A stretch of 64,000 bases of DNA from contig NZ_CAKPXS010000002.1 of the NCBI RefSeq assembly GCF_934202235.1, positions 1,173-65,172 on the forward strand, in the 5' to 3' direction. A program made the translations under genes and the position numbers. Source of the DNA: an uncultured Limosilactobacillus sp. GTDB lineage: Bacteria > Bacillota > Bacilli > Lactobacillales > Lactobacillaceae. This document shows, piece by piece, positions 44,437 through 53,226 of the stretch. The notes under the pieces are model-generated. The model did not search any database, had not been told where the DNA came from, and saw only the letters and a program-made list of their open reading frames with translations. How positions within the stretch are numbered: the stretch's first letter is position 1; every line of letters begins with the position of its first letter.

Positions 44437-44478
44437 ATGACCGCAAGTGTCTTTTTCGAGACGCTTGCGGTCATTTTG
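44437..44478. terminator. Bidirectional terminator
   Basis: 14-bp stem tgaccgcaagtgtc / gacgcttgcggtca flanked by A-runs and T-runs. Confidence 0.8.
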
Positions 44479-44485
44479 GTTAGTT

Positions 44486-45232
44486 TTAGTTAGTTAAAAA
44501 ATTGGTGATAAGTGAGACCACTGTCGATCGATGTGGGCCGTCGAACATGTGACCTTCGTCATCAATTAAGTGTAGTTGACTGTCTGGCAGAATGACATTG
44601 TACTTCTGCGAAGCTGCCGGGGAAACGACTTGGTCAGCCGTACCATGGATGAGGAGGACGGGGTTAGCAAAGTGCTGGGCTGTCTCGTAAATGGGGAGTA
44701 GTTGTGCTGTTCGGAAGTAGTTGCCACCGACTGGCCAGCCACCCACGGTGACTTCGTCGGGAATATGTTGCGGATCATAGGTAGCGCCCTGACAAACACC
44801 AGCGAGGGCATCGTCTTTGAGAGTAGCTGCCGGGGCAAGCAACACTACTTTGTCAATGATGTCCCGGTAGTAGGCGGCCAGCATCGACGCCACAACGCCG
44901 CCCTGGGAGTGGCCGATCAAATAAAGATGTTGTGGTTTAACCTGCTGGCGGACAAAGTCGATTACCCGCATCCCATCGAGGATTTCACCGGGAACGGTCA
45001 TATCGACAAAGTGCCCATCACTCTTCCCACAACCAGCAAAGTCAAAGCGCAGGGTTGGTAATCCGGCCTGGTTGAGCGCCTTGGCAATAGTGGGGAGGAG
45101 CTGGTGGTCGTCATAGCCGAGGTCGCCTTTGAAACCGTGCATGAGGATCGCAATCGAGTCGTTCACTAAGCTGGTGGTCCCTTCGAGGAGTGCGTGGAGC
45201 TTGAGCTGCTCGCGTTCAATCTTTAATTCCAT
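44486..45232 (-). CDS. Alpha/beta-hydrolase esterase (possibly cinnamoyl/feruloyl esterase-like)
   Basis: 248 aa with HGFKG and the nucleophile elbow GHSQGG. Size and motifs resemble lactobacillar cinnamoyl esterases. Substrate is not inferable from sequence alone. Confidence 0.8.
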   Translation of the reverse strand: MELKIEREQLKLHALLEGTTSLVNDSIAILMHGFKGDLGYDDHQLLPTIAKALNQAGLPTLRFDFAGCGKSDGHFVDMTVPGEILDGMRVIDFVRQQVKPQHLYLIGHSQGGVVASMLAAYYRDIIDKVVLLAPAATLKDDALAGVCQGATYDPQHIPDEVTVGGWPVGGNYFRTAQLLPIYETAQHFANPVLLIHGTADQVVSPAASQKYNVILPDSQLHLIDDEGHMFDGPHRSTVVSLITNFLTN

Positions 45233-45363
45233 CTTCTCATTCCTCCATGAGCGTTGATCTACCTAATATTATATCCCGACGGTCAGGCTCGGCAAAAATA
45301 GTCTTGACGATTTCTCGCAAGCATGCGATGGTAATCACATCGTTAATAGAGGAGGATTTCGTT

Positions 45364-46137
45364 TTGTTGCATTGGCCGTTATTGTGGAAAGTTATTTACC
45401 TGGTTCTCGGCGGAGTGGTTTCCGGAATTCTTTCGTCGGCTGCTTCGTTTGCATCGCTTGCCTCTTATCCGGTCCTACTCAGCGTAGGGATCCCGCCAGT
45501 CTTTGCCAATGTCACTAACGACGCGGCGCTGATCTGTAATGTTCCCGGGGTGGTGTTGTCTTCCCTCCGTGAATTGCATGGGCACTGGCGACTGGTGCGG
45601 TTCTATTCCCTGTTTACCATGGCGGGGTCGGCAATTGGTTGCTACCTGCTGCTGAACTTCCCCAGTGGCGTCTTCGAGAAGGTCGTGCCATTCTTTATTC
45701 TGCTGGCGGGGGTGTTGGTCTACCAGACGAGTAAACGTCAGCCAACTAGGCGGCCACAATCAGTGGCTGGCGGCAAGAAGTTGCTTTACGTTGTCTTATT
45801 ATTGATTAACGGGATTTACGGTGGTTACTTTGGTGCCGCTGCGGGAATTATTACCCTGGTGATTCTCACTTACCTCACTAATAAAGACTTCGCAGTCGTC
45901 AACGCAATTAAAAATGTTGTCGGTGGTGTTGCCAACTTAACCGCGCTGGTCATTTACATGTTTGCGGCCAAGATTTATTGGGATGCTGCCATCCCGATGG
46001 CGGTCGGGATGTTTATTGGCGGCTATCTCGGCCCCAAAATTGTCCGCCACGTCCCGCAAAAGGGGATGGAACGGTTTATCGCGTTCTTGGCGGTTGTTCA
46101 AGCTGGTTACTTTTTCTGGAAAGCGTACGTGAAATAA
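45364..46137 (+). CDS. TauE/SafE-family anion (sulfite-type) exporter membrane protein
   Basis: Likely TTG start at 45364, 8 nt after GAGGAGGA (the ORF-track start 45247 has no RBS). About 8 TM segments with the internal duplication typical of TauE. Confidence 0.75.
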   Translation: MLHWPLLWKVIYLVLGGVVSGILSSAASFASLASYPVLLSVGIPPVFANVTNDAALICNVPGVVLSSLRELHGHWRLVRFYSLFTMAGSAIGCYLLLNFPSGVFEKVVPFFILLAGVLVYQTSKRQPTRRPQSVAGGKKLLYVVLLLINGIYGGYFGAAAGIITLVILTYLTNKDFAVVNAIKNVVGGVANLTALVIYMFAAKIYWDAAIPMAVGMFIGGYLGPKIVRHVPQKGMERFIAFLAVVQAGYFFWKAYVK

Positions 46138-46139
46138 CA

Positions 46140-46170
46140 AAAGGCAGCGTCTGATTGGGCGCTGCCTTTC
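46140..46170. terminator. Bidirectional terminator between convergent genes
   Basis: Perfect 9-bp stem aaggcagcg / cgctgcctt. Confidence 0.7.
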
Positions 46171-46185
46171 GTCGTTGTTAAGGCA

Positions 46186-46599
46186 TTAACCAAGCTTAAC
46201 TTCCATCTCGATTCCGCCTTCGAGGGATTCGTGAACGGTGCAGACCTGGAGAATGCGGTCGAAGAGTTTTTGTTTCTCATCAGCTGTTAAATCGCAGTCA
46301 AAGCTAACGGTGGTTTCGATCCGACTAACTTTGGAGCGGCCCTTACCTAGACTGACGGTCTCACCAGTAGAGGTCACCTTTAAGTTCCGTAGGTCGAGGT
46401 GGCGGTTGTTAGCTACGGCACGGGCGGAAATAGCCAGGCAGCTGTTAAGCGCACCAATCAGGTACTGAACAGGGTTAGGACCAGCGTCGGTTCCCTTGGC
46501 AATTACTGGCTCATCGGCCATGAACTGGTGGTCACCAGCGACGTTCATCACCTGGTAACCGGATGGCCGCATGGTGGAATTAATAATGTATTTTGACAT
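46186..46599 (-). CDS. OsmC-family (peroxiredoxin-like) protein
   Basis: 137 aa. GPNPVQYLIGALNSCLAIS and LQVCTVHESL contain the two conserved Cys regions. RBS AAAGGAGG. Confidence 0.8.
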   Translation of the reverse strand: MSKYIINSTMRPSGYQVMNVAGDHQFMADEPVIAKGTDAGPNPVQYLIGALNSCLAISARAVANNRHLDLRNLKVTSTGETVSLGKGRSKVSRIETTVSFDCDLTADEKQKLFDRILQVCTVHESLEGGIEMEVKLG

Positions 46600-46744
46600 G
46601 AAATAACCTCCTTTAATCGTTACCCCTATTATAGGTGTTATCGGGTGACCTTGGCTAATAATTAGCTGTTACCTACCGCAGTAAGGGCTAAAAAAGAGTA
46701 TGATGGAGTAAATGAACCGTTTTCTTGTCAAAGGAGGAACTTTC

Positions 46745-47536
46745 ATGGAATATACAACGTTAAACGACGGTGTCCAGATCCCAATGGTTGGCTTTGGGGT
46801 TTATTTGATTCCGGCAAATGAAACAAAAACAGCCGTTAGCACGGCCCTCAAGGACGGCTACCGACTGATTGATACTGCTGAATATTATCACAATGAACGT
46901 GAAGTCGGGGAAGCGGTGGCCGAAAGCGGCCTCCCGCGTGACCAGGTCTTCATTACGAGCAAGATGCCCCCGCAGCCGAGCTACGAGGAAGCAATGAAGC
47001 GGATTGACGAAACCTGTGCGGCAATTGGTAATGACTACCTTGACCTGATGCTGATTCACTGGCCGGGTAACGCCAATGTGGAAAACTACCGGGCACTGGA
47101 AGATGCCCAAAAGGCCGGCAAGGTTAAGTCAATTGGGCTGAGTAGTTTTTATGGTCAGGACTACCAGGAGATCATTGATCAGTGTGACGTGGTGCCGGTT
47201 GTGGACCAAAACGAAACACACGTCTTCTGCCAGCAGGTTGCTTTCCAGCCAGTTCTCGAAAGCCACGGAACGAAGCTGGAAGCCTGGTCACCGCTGGCTG
47301 CCGGCTCACACCAGGTTTTCCGTCGGCCGTTGCTGAAGACGATCGCCCGGGCTCACCACAAGACGACCGCCCAGGTAATGTTACGTTTCTTATTCCAGCG
47401 GAATATTATTACCATCCCGAAGAGTGTCCGGCCACAACGGATTAAGGATAACATCAATATTTTCGACTTTGAACTAACTGCCGATGAGATGAAGTTAATT
47501 CGGACACTCGACCGCGGTAAGACCATGCTGGAGTAA
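46745..47536 (+). CDS. Aldo/keto reductase
   Basis: ATG 46745 follows AAAGGAGG. IPMVGFGV, YRLIDTAEYYHNEREVG, LIHWP and IPKS are AKR signature motifs. Confidence 0.9.
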   Translation: MEYTTLNDGVQIPMVGFGVYLIPANETKTAVSTALKDGYRLIDTAEYYHNEREVGEAVAESGLPRDQVFITSKMPPQPSYEEAMKRIDETCAAIGNDYLDLMLIHWPGNANVENYRALEDAQKAGKVKSIGLSSFYGQDYQEIIDQCDVVPVVDQNETHVFCQQVAFQPVLESHGTKLEAWSPLAAGSHQVFRRPLLKTIARAHHKTTAQVMLRFLFQRNIITIPKSVRPQRIKDNINIFDFELTADEMKLIRTLDRGKTMLE

Positions 47537-48766
47537 TTAGCTGCGGGTACCCGGCACGTGGTGGAGTGGCCAGACAACATTGATTAAAAAGAGGACCAGG
47601 TTGATAAAGACCAGGCCGGCGGTCCAGAGGAAGACGGCGTTAAACCCGAACTGTCCGGCAACCCAGCCACCCAGGAGTGAGCCGACAATATTGCCAATAT
47701 ACATTGCACTTTGGTTCCAGGAGAAGACACGTCCGGTCACTGCTGCCGGGCTGTTTTTCGTTAACATCGTTTGTACTTGGGGGAACAAGCAGGCGTCACC
47801 TAAACCGACAATGAACCGGCAGATGCCCAACTGCCAGCAATTGGTGACAAAGGCCGTCGGGATAAAGACCAGCGTGTTGAGAATAAAACCAAAGATCAGG
47901 ATGCGCTCGGTACCAATGCGGTCACCGAGGTTGCCCACCCGGCTAGCAATCAGGATGGTGGCAATCCCTGGCAAGGCGGCAATCACGCCACTGACAAAGG
48001 TGGTGTGAGAGTTGCCGTGGAGTAATTGCTTGACGAAGAGGGAAATAATCGGGTTAATCGAGTTGTTGGCAGACTGAATGATCAGTGTGGTAATAACCAG
48101 GCCAAAAATCATTCGGACTGAAGCGAGCGACTCCAGGACATCTTTGGTGGAACCGACATCCTTGGTGGCGACCGGCCGGAAGTTGCTCTCGTCAACAAAG
48201 CGCCAGCAGGCAAAGAAAATCATTAAGAGGATGAAGCCAGTTAAAAAGAAGGTGAAGCGGTAACCACAAAAGGTGGCGATGGTCCCGCCAATAAAGGGGC
48301 CAAGCAGGTTGCCGCCAGTAAAACTGGCCATCATCGTCCCTAAGGCGCTACCACTATGTTCTTTGGGGACTTCGGTGGCAATCAGGGCATTGGAGTTGGA
48401 AACAAAGCCGGCAAAGGCACCCTGAGCCATCCGTAAACCAAGTAGCTGCCAGACGTTTCTGACTAAGCCGGTGGCGCCAATGACCAAGGCCATCCCTAAG
48501 GCAGCCCGGAGGACCATCGGTTTCCGTCCCTTAGCGTCAGCAAGCCGTCCCCACCACGGAGTGACCAGGGTGGATACCAGGTAGGTAGCGGAGAAGACAA
48601 TGCCTGACCAGTTGGTTAGCTGACGGTGGGTAAAGTTACCGAGTGTCGCCAGGAAGAGCGAAAGGAAGGGCATAATCTCGGAAAAGGCAATGCCGGCAAA
48701 AAAAACGGCAACCGATAATACCCGTAGGTTACGTTGCCAAATAGTTTGAGCTGATTGTTCAGTCAA
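47537..48766 (-). CDS. MFS transporter (DHA1-like efflux type)
   Basis: 409 aa, 12 TM segments, with the WGRLADAKGRKP motif (MFS motif A). Confidence 0.85.
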   Translation of the reverse strand: MTEQSAQTIWQRNLRVLSVAVFFAGIAFSEIMPFLSLFLATLGNFTHRQLTNWSGIVFSATYLVSTLVTPWWGRLADAKGRKPMVLRAALGMALVIGATGLVRNVWQLLGLRMAQGAFAGFVSNSNALIATEVPKEHSGSALGTMMASFTGGNLLGPFIGGTIATFCGYRFTFFLTGFILLMIFFACWRFVDESNFRPVATKDVGSTKDVLESLASVRMIFGLVITTLIIQSANNSINPIISLFVKQLLHGNSHTTFVSGVIAALPGIATILIASRVGNLGDRIGTERILIFGFILNTLVFIPTAFVTNCWQLGICRFIVGLGDACLFPQVQTMLTKNSPAAVTGRVFSWNQSAMYIGNIVGSLLGGWVAGQFGFNAVFLWTAGLVFINLVLFLINVVWPLHHVPGTRS

Positions 48767-48871
48767 AACAAGGCCTCCTTGAGAACAATATGCCGTTATT
48801 ATAGTCCTAAATAGGCAGGAAGTAATGAGAGATGTTTGACAGGCGGCCGTTGTTCTGCTAGGGTTAAGCCA

Positions 48872-49005
48872 TCAAAAGGAAGCTGGGGAGCCAATTTGGC
48901 TGAGACTAAACCCATGGAACCTGATCTGGTTAACGCCAGCGGAGGGAGTCTTCGACGGGACAAATATGGACCGGTGCGTTCTTTTTGACGCACCGGTCTT
49001 TTTCT
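48872..49005 (+). promoter_or_regulatory. TPP (THI-box) riboswitch with a terminator expression platform
   Basis: ctggggagcc...ggctgagactaaaccc...gaacctgatctggttaacgccagcggaggga matches the THI-box core. It is followed by the stem gaccggtgcgt / acgcaccggtc and TTTTT (48969-49003). Confidence 0.85.
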
Positions 49006-49035
49006 TTCCAGCTTGAGAAAGGGAGTTTTTTACTG

Positions 49036-49599
49036 ATGCAGACGATTGATAAACGGCGGCGCTGGACGCTGCGCGATGTTATTTTTTTGGCCATCATTGC
49101 CATCTTCTTTGGGATTATTTACCAGGTGTGGAGTTACGCTTATTATGCTCTGGCGGCCACCCCGCTTAAGCCCTTTGCCAATGACCTGACGCTAGGAGTT
49201 TGGATCATGGCCGGACCGCTAGCGGGAGTTCTTTTGAAGAAACCGGGGGCAGGGTTCCTCGGTGAATTCTTAGCGGCAACGGTCGAAATGCTGTTATTTT
49301 CTAGTTGGGGCGCAGCGGACTTGATTACTGGTATTACCGAAGGGGCCGGGGCAGAGCTGGGCTTTGCTACTACTGGTTACCGTAACTGGGGTGCAGTGGG
49401 GCTCTTCTTTTCTACCCTCTGGTCGACCATTATTACCTTCGCCTGGGATTGGTTTCAAAGTGGTTATCAGGATTACCGTTTCTCGCTCTTGGTAGTGCTT
49501 CTGGTGATTCGCTTTATTTCAATCGGCTTTTTCGCGGGAATTCTGGTTGACTGGATTGCCAAACTAGTGGGACAAACGGGGTTAATGCACAATAAATGA
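49036..49599 (+). CDS. ykoE: HMP/thiamine-precursor transporter substrate-capture membrane component (YkoE-like)
   Basis: ATG 49036 lies downstream of the riboswitch terminator. 187 aa, 5-6 TM segments. Context is riboswitch plus a duplicated ATPase plus a T component. Confidence 0.75.
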   Translation: MQTIDKRRRWTLRDVIFLAIIAIFFGIIYQVWSYAYYALAATPLKPFANDLTLGVWIMAGPLAGVLLKKPGAGFLGEFLAATVEMLLFSSWGAADLITGITEGAGAELGFATTGYRNWGAVGLFFSTLWSTIITFAWDWFQSGYQDYRFSLLVVLLVIRFISIGFFAGILVDWIAKLVGQTGLMHNK

Positions 49600-51002
49600 T
49601 CGACTTAAAACTGCAAGAACTAACATTTGAATATGATGGACGCCAACTCTTTGATAAGCTCAATTTTCAACTGGAGCCGGGAACATTTGGCTTGTTGACT
49701 GGGCCATCGGGTTGCGGTAAATCGACCCTCCTGAAATTGTTGGCCGGGCTATTGCCACAGTATGGGGGGACGATTACGAGCGGACAAGCCACTTTAAACG
49801 GCCTGCCGGTTGGCGAAATAGTGCCCTTTCAACGGGCTAAAAAGGTGGCAATGCTTTTTCAGCACCCCAGTCGGCAGTTTGCAATGAAGACGGTCCAAGA
49901 ACAGGTGTCATTTGCCCTGGCTAATCTTCAGCTAGCACCGCCAGTCTTGAAAAAGCGGGTGAGGCAGACACTGGACTGGTTAGGAATTGCTCGCTTCGCC
50001 AATCGCCAGGTTCACACCTTGTCGGGTGGCGAACAGCAGCGGGCTGCCCTGGCCTGCGTCCTGGCGATGGATAGTGATGTCATCTTACTAGATGAGCCCT
50101 TTGCTAACGTGGACACAGCTGGTCGGCAACAATTGCTAGCCGACCTTCAACGACTGCAAAGCGAACGGGGAAAGACCATCTTGCTAGCAGACCACGATTT
50201 AAATGGTTATCGTGGGGTTGCCGATCGTTGGTACCAGCTGTCGACTCAGCATCAGCTCAGTACGAAGTCGGTTGACGAGTTACCAGTGTCCACCCCCGTG
50301 GTAGCGGTAAAACACCAGCGGTTGCAGGCCGCTCGGTTGGCTGCTCGTCATTTACGGGTAGCGGTGGGGCAGCGCCTGTTAATTGATGACGGGCAGCTAG
50401 CGATTCCACAGGGACAACTTGGCTTGTTATCCGGGGACAACGGTGCCGGTAAGTCGACCCTTTTTGCCACCTTAAGCCGCCAGCATGACTACGGTGGGCA
50501 GTTGTTGTTCGACCAGCAGCCAGCCACGCGACTAGCGCTGAAAAAGTGGGCGTTAACCGTCGGGTGGGTCTTCCAAAATAGTGCTGACCAGTTTATTGCC
50601 ATTAAGGCGGCAGACGAACTCGCTGCGTCGCGGACCCACAGCTGCCGACCACAATATTGGACTTCCCAGCGTTGCACCCAAGCAGTCCGCCGGCTCGGCA
50701 TTACTGATTGTTTAGACCGGGTCAGTTACCAGTTGTCCGGCGGCCAGCAAAAAAAGTTACAAATTTTAAGTATGGTGGTGATGGCCCAACCGGTGATGTT
50801 ATTAGATGAGCCGTTTGCCGGGTTGGATTCCCAGTCATTGCGGGCAGTCATGCAACTACTCAAGCAAGTAGCAACTGACTTGCAGGTGGGGATGCTCATT
50901 ATTTCTCACCAGCGTGAGGGGGTTGTCGACTGGCTGGATTATGAAATTCGGTTAGCCAACCACCACTTAACGTTACTGGAAGGGGATGACTACCATGCAT
51001 AA
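49596..51002 (+). CDS. ykoD: Duplicated ABC/ECF ATPase (YkoD-like)
   Basis: 468 aa with two nucleotide-binding domains (GPSGCGKST / LSGGEQQRA / ILLDEP and GDNGAGKST / LSGGQQKK / MLLDEP). The start overlaps the ykoE stop (ATGA). Confidence 0.85.
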   Translation: MIDLKLQELTFEYDGRQLFDKLNFQLEPGTFGLLTGPSGCGKSTLLKLLAGLLPQYGGTITSGQATLNGLPVGEIVPFQRAKKVAMLFQHPSRQFAMKTVQEQVSFALANLQLAPPVLKKRVRQTLDWLGIARFANRQVHTLSGGEQQRAALACVLAMDSDVILLDEPFANVDTAGRQQLLADLQRLQSERGKTILLADHDLNGYRGVADRWYQLSTQHQLSTKSVDELPVSTPVVAVKHQRLQAARLAARHLRVAVGQRLLIDDGQLAIPQGQLGLLSGDNGAGKSTLFATLSRQHDYGGQLLFDQQPATRLALKKWALTVGWVFQNSADQFIAIKAADELAASRTHSCRPQYWTSQRCTQAVRRLGITDCLDRVSYQLSGGQQKKLQILSMVVMAQPVMLLDEPFAGLDSQSLRAVMQLLKQVATDLQVGMLIISHQREGVVDWLDYEIRLANHHLTLLEGDDYHA

Positions 51003-51672
51003 GAGCCGCGGGCTTAACCCGACGACGCTAGTGTTGCTGATCATTAGTATCGGTCTTTGCACTAGCTTTATCCGTTCGGTCACCATGAACGTGGCAGTCA
51101 TCATTTGTTCATTAGCCTACCTCGTGCTACAACGGGCTTCGTTCAGAAAAACTGCACTCATCCTGTTGATTGCTTTACCATTAGCAATGGGTAGCTGGCT
51201 TTCGTTTTACTTTTTTGGAACTGGCGACCGCTGGCATGTGGCCTGGATTTACGGTTCCCGGGTTTTTGCCTACCTCACCTTAGCTCTGACCTTGACGTTA
51301 ACGGCGTCAGCAAAAATGATTCTTTTCAGTCTGCATGAGCACCTGAGGTTGTCTAATACCTTTGTTTACGGTGTCCTTGCCGCCCTCAACATGTTTCACC
51401 GCTTAAGAAGTGCTTTTCAGCAGGTCCGTTATTCGGCCATGTTGCGGGGGCGGGCTTATCATTTCTGGCAACCCCGCTTTTATCTACGGTTGATTATTAT
51501 CGCGCTCAACTGGTCTGGTGACCTGGCGATGGCGATGACTTCGCAGGGCTTTACTGAGGGGGCCGACCGGACAGAACTAACCCGCGAATCCTTGCCATGG
51601 TGGCAATTGTTGCTGGTCGTGATGTTGTTGGGAGCTTATCTTGGAGTAGCATTGGGTACCCATCCCTGGTAG
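50995..51672 (+). CDS. ykoC: ECF-type transmembrane (T) component (YkoC-like)
   Basis: Hydrophobic, about 225 aa. ATG 50995 has better RBS spacing (GGAAGGGG) than ATG 50986. Overlaps the ykoD end. Confidence 0.75.
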   Translation: MHKSRGLNPTTLVLLIISIGLCTSFIRSVTMNVAVIICSLAYLVLQRASFRKTALILLIALPLAMGSWLSFYFFGTGDRWHVAWIYGSRVFAYLTLALTLTLTASAKMILFSLHEHLRLSNTFVYGVLAALNMFHRLRSAFQQVRYSAMLRGRAYHFWQPRFYLRLIIIALNWSGDLAMAMTSQGFTEGADRTELTRESLPWWQLLLVVMLLGAYLGVALGTHPW

Positions 51673-51686
51673 TTAGAAAAAAATAG

Positions 51687-51714
51687 TTGCCTTTTGGCAA
51701 AAATTGTGTAGAAT
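51687..51714 (+). promoter_or_regulatory. Candidate sigma-A promoter of the T-box leader
   Basis: TTGCCT at 51687-51692, a 16-nt spacer, then TAGAAT at 51709-51714. Confidence 0.5.
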
Positions 51715-51721
51715 ATTAGAT

Positions 51722-51985
51722 AACATTAAAAGACGATGAGAAAGACAAACGAGGATGTTGAACCTGCAGTGAAGCGGTGGTAGTGAGAAACCGCGAGGTC
51801 ACCAGCATCGGACTAACACTTTCTTGCCGCTGATCTGAACTTCAGTAGGGTTGGCCGTGACCGGCACGTTACCACCGGAAAGCATGTTTGTGCTGAAATG
51901 AAGTGGCTTGCTTAATCGGCAGGCAACTAGGGTGGTACCGCGAAGTCTTTCGTCCCTTGTTGGGCGGAAGACTTTTTTGTTTGCC
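51722..51985 (+). promoter_or_regulatory. T-box leader (probable Asn specifier AAC) with a terminator
   Basis: GATGAGA K-turn-like start, distal GGTGGTAGTGAGA, and the T-box sequence aactagggtggtaccgcg at 51925-51942. The terminator aagtctttcgtccc...gggcggaagactt is followed by TTTTTT. The specifier-loop 3' side reads ggactAACActttc. Confidence 0.85.
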
Positions 51986-52040
51986 GCCCCGTTGCTGAAC
52001 AAGCCGCAGATGCGGTGGTTTGATTAAAGGAGATCTTATT

Positions 52041-53051
52041 ATGAGTCTGATTTTGCCAACTGATTATGACCCTCAACTATCTGTTCGTGAAACGGAACAT
52101 GCCATTCGCTTTATCCGGGAGACTTTCCAGGATGAAATCGGCAAGGAACTGAACCTGCAACGGATGTCGGCACCAATGTTTGTCGAAAAGGGAACGGGGC
52201 TTAACGACAACTTGAACGGTGTTGAGCGGCCAGTGTCCTTTGATGCCAAGTCACTGCCAGGAGAAACCATTGAAATTGTTCACTCCCTTGCTAAGTGGAA
52301 ACGGTTTGCCCTGAAGAAGTACGGTTTTAAGATGTACGAGGGGCTTTACACTAACATGAACGCGATTCGTCGTGACGAAGACGTGGACAACTTCCACTCC
52401 ATCTATGTTGACCAGTGGGACTGGGAAAAAGTCATTGCCAAGGAAGAACGGACGGAAGAAACGCTCCACAAGGTTGTGCGGCAGATCTTTAAGGTCATCA
52501 AGCACCTGGAAGATGAGGTGTGGTACAAGTACCCACAAGCGGTTTACCACCTGCCAGATGACATTCACTTTGTGACGACCCAGGAACTAGAAGATGAGTT
52601 CCCGGACCTAACGCCAATGGAACGGGAAGAAAAGGCTTGTCGAAAGTGGGGCTGTATCTTTGTTGAAAAGATCGGTGGTCCGCTGAAGTTAAGCGGCAAG
52701 CCACACGACGGGCGGGCACCTGACTACGATGACTGGTCACTTAACGGTGACATCGTCTTCTGGTATGAGCCACTGCAGACCCGCCTCGAGATTTCCAGCA
52801 TGGGGATCCGGGTGGATGAAGATGCTATGCGGCGCCAACTTAAGGCAGCCGGGTGTGAAGACCGGGCCAAGCTGCCGTTCCATCGTGAATTATTAGCCGG
52901 CAAGTTGCCATATACGATTGGTGGCGGGATTGGTCAATCACGGCTGTGCATGCTGTTATTGGGGAAGGCCCACGTTGGCGAAGTTCAAGCAAGTGTTTGG
53001 CCGGCAGAGATGGTTAAGCAATGTGAAGCTCACCACATTCACTTGCTGTAA
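52041..53051 (+). CDS. asnA: Aspartate-ammonia ligase (asparagine synthetase A)
   Basis: ATG 52041 follows [36 protein letters not shown]...[10 protein letters not shown]...[15 protein letters not shown] is canonical AsnA. Confidence 0.9.
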   Translation: MSLILPTDYDPQLSVRETEHAIRFIRETFQDEIGKELNLQRMSAPMFVEKGTGLNDNLNGVERPVSFDAKSLPGETIEIVHSLAKWKRFALKKYGFKMYEGLYTNMNAIRRDEDVDNFHSIYVDQWDWEKVIAKEERTEETLHKVVRQIFKVIKHLEDEVWYKYPQAVYHLPDDIHFVTTQELEDEFPDLTPMEREEKACRKWGCIFVEKIGGPLKLSGKPHDGRAPDYDDWSLNGDIVFWYEPLQTRLEISSMGIRVDEDAMRRQLKAAGCEDRAKLPFHRELLAGKLPYTIGGGIGQSRLCMLLLGKAHVGEVQASVWPAEMVKQCEAHHIHLL

Positions 53052-53226
53052 AGCGGTCGAGAATGAATCATTTCTCATCATTTGCTCATTTTTCATTGAC
53101 CAAAGTGCCAGAATACTAGTATAATTATATGTATTGATTTTCAATTGAGTACGACTTAGCGGCCTAGCGGCAACCCGCCATTGAGCGGGAAGTAGCTCAC
53201 CCCGCTATTAGTTTGGAGGATTTATT

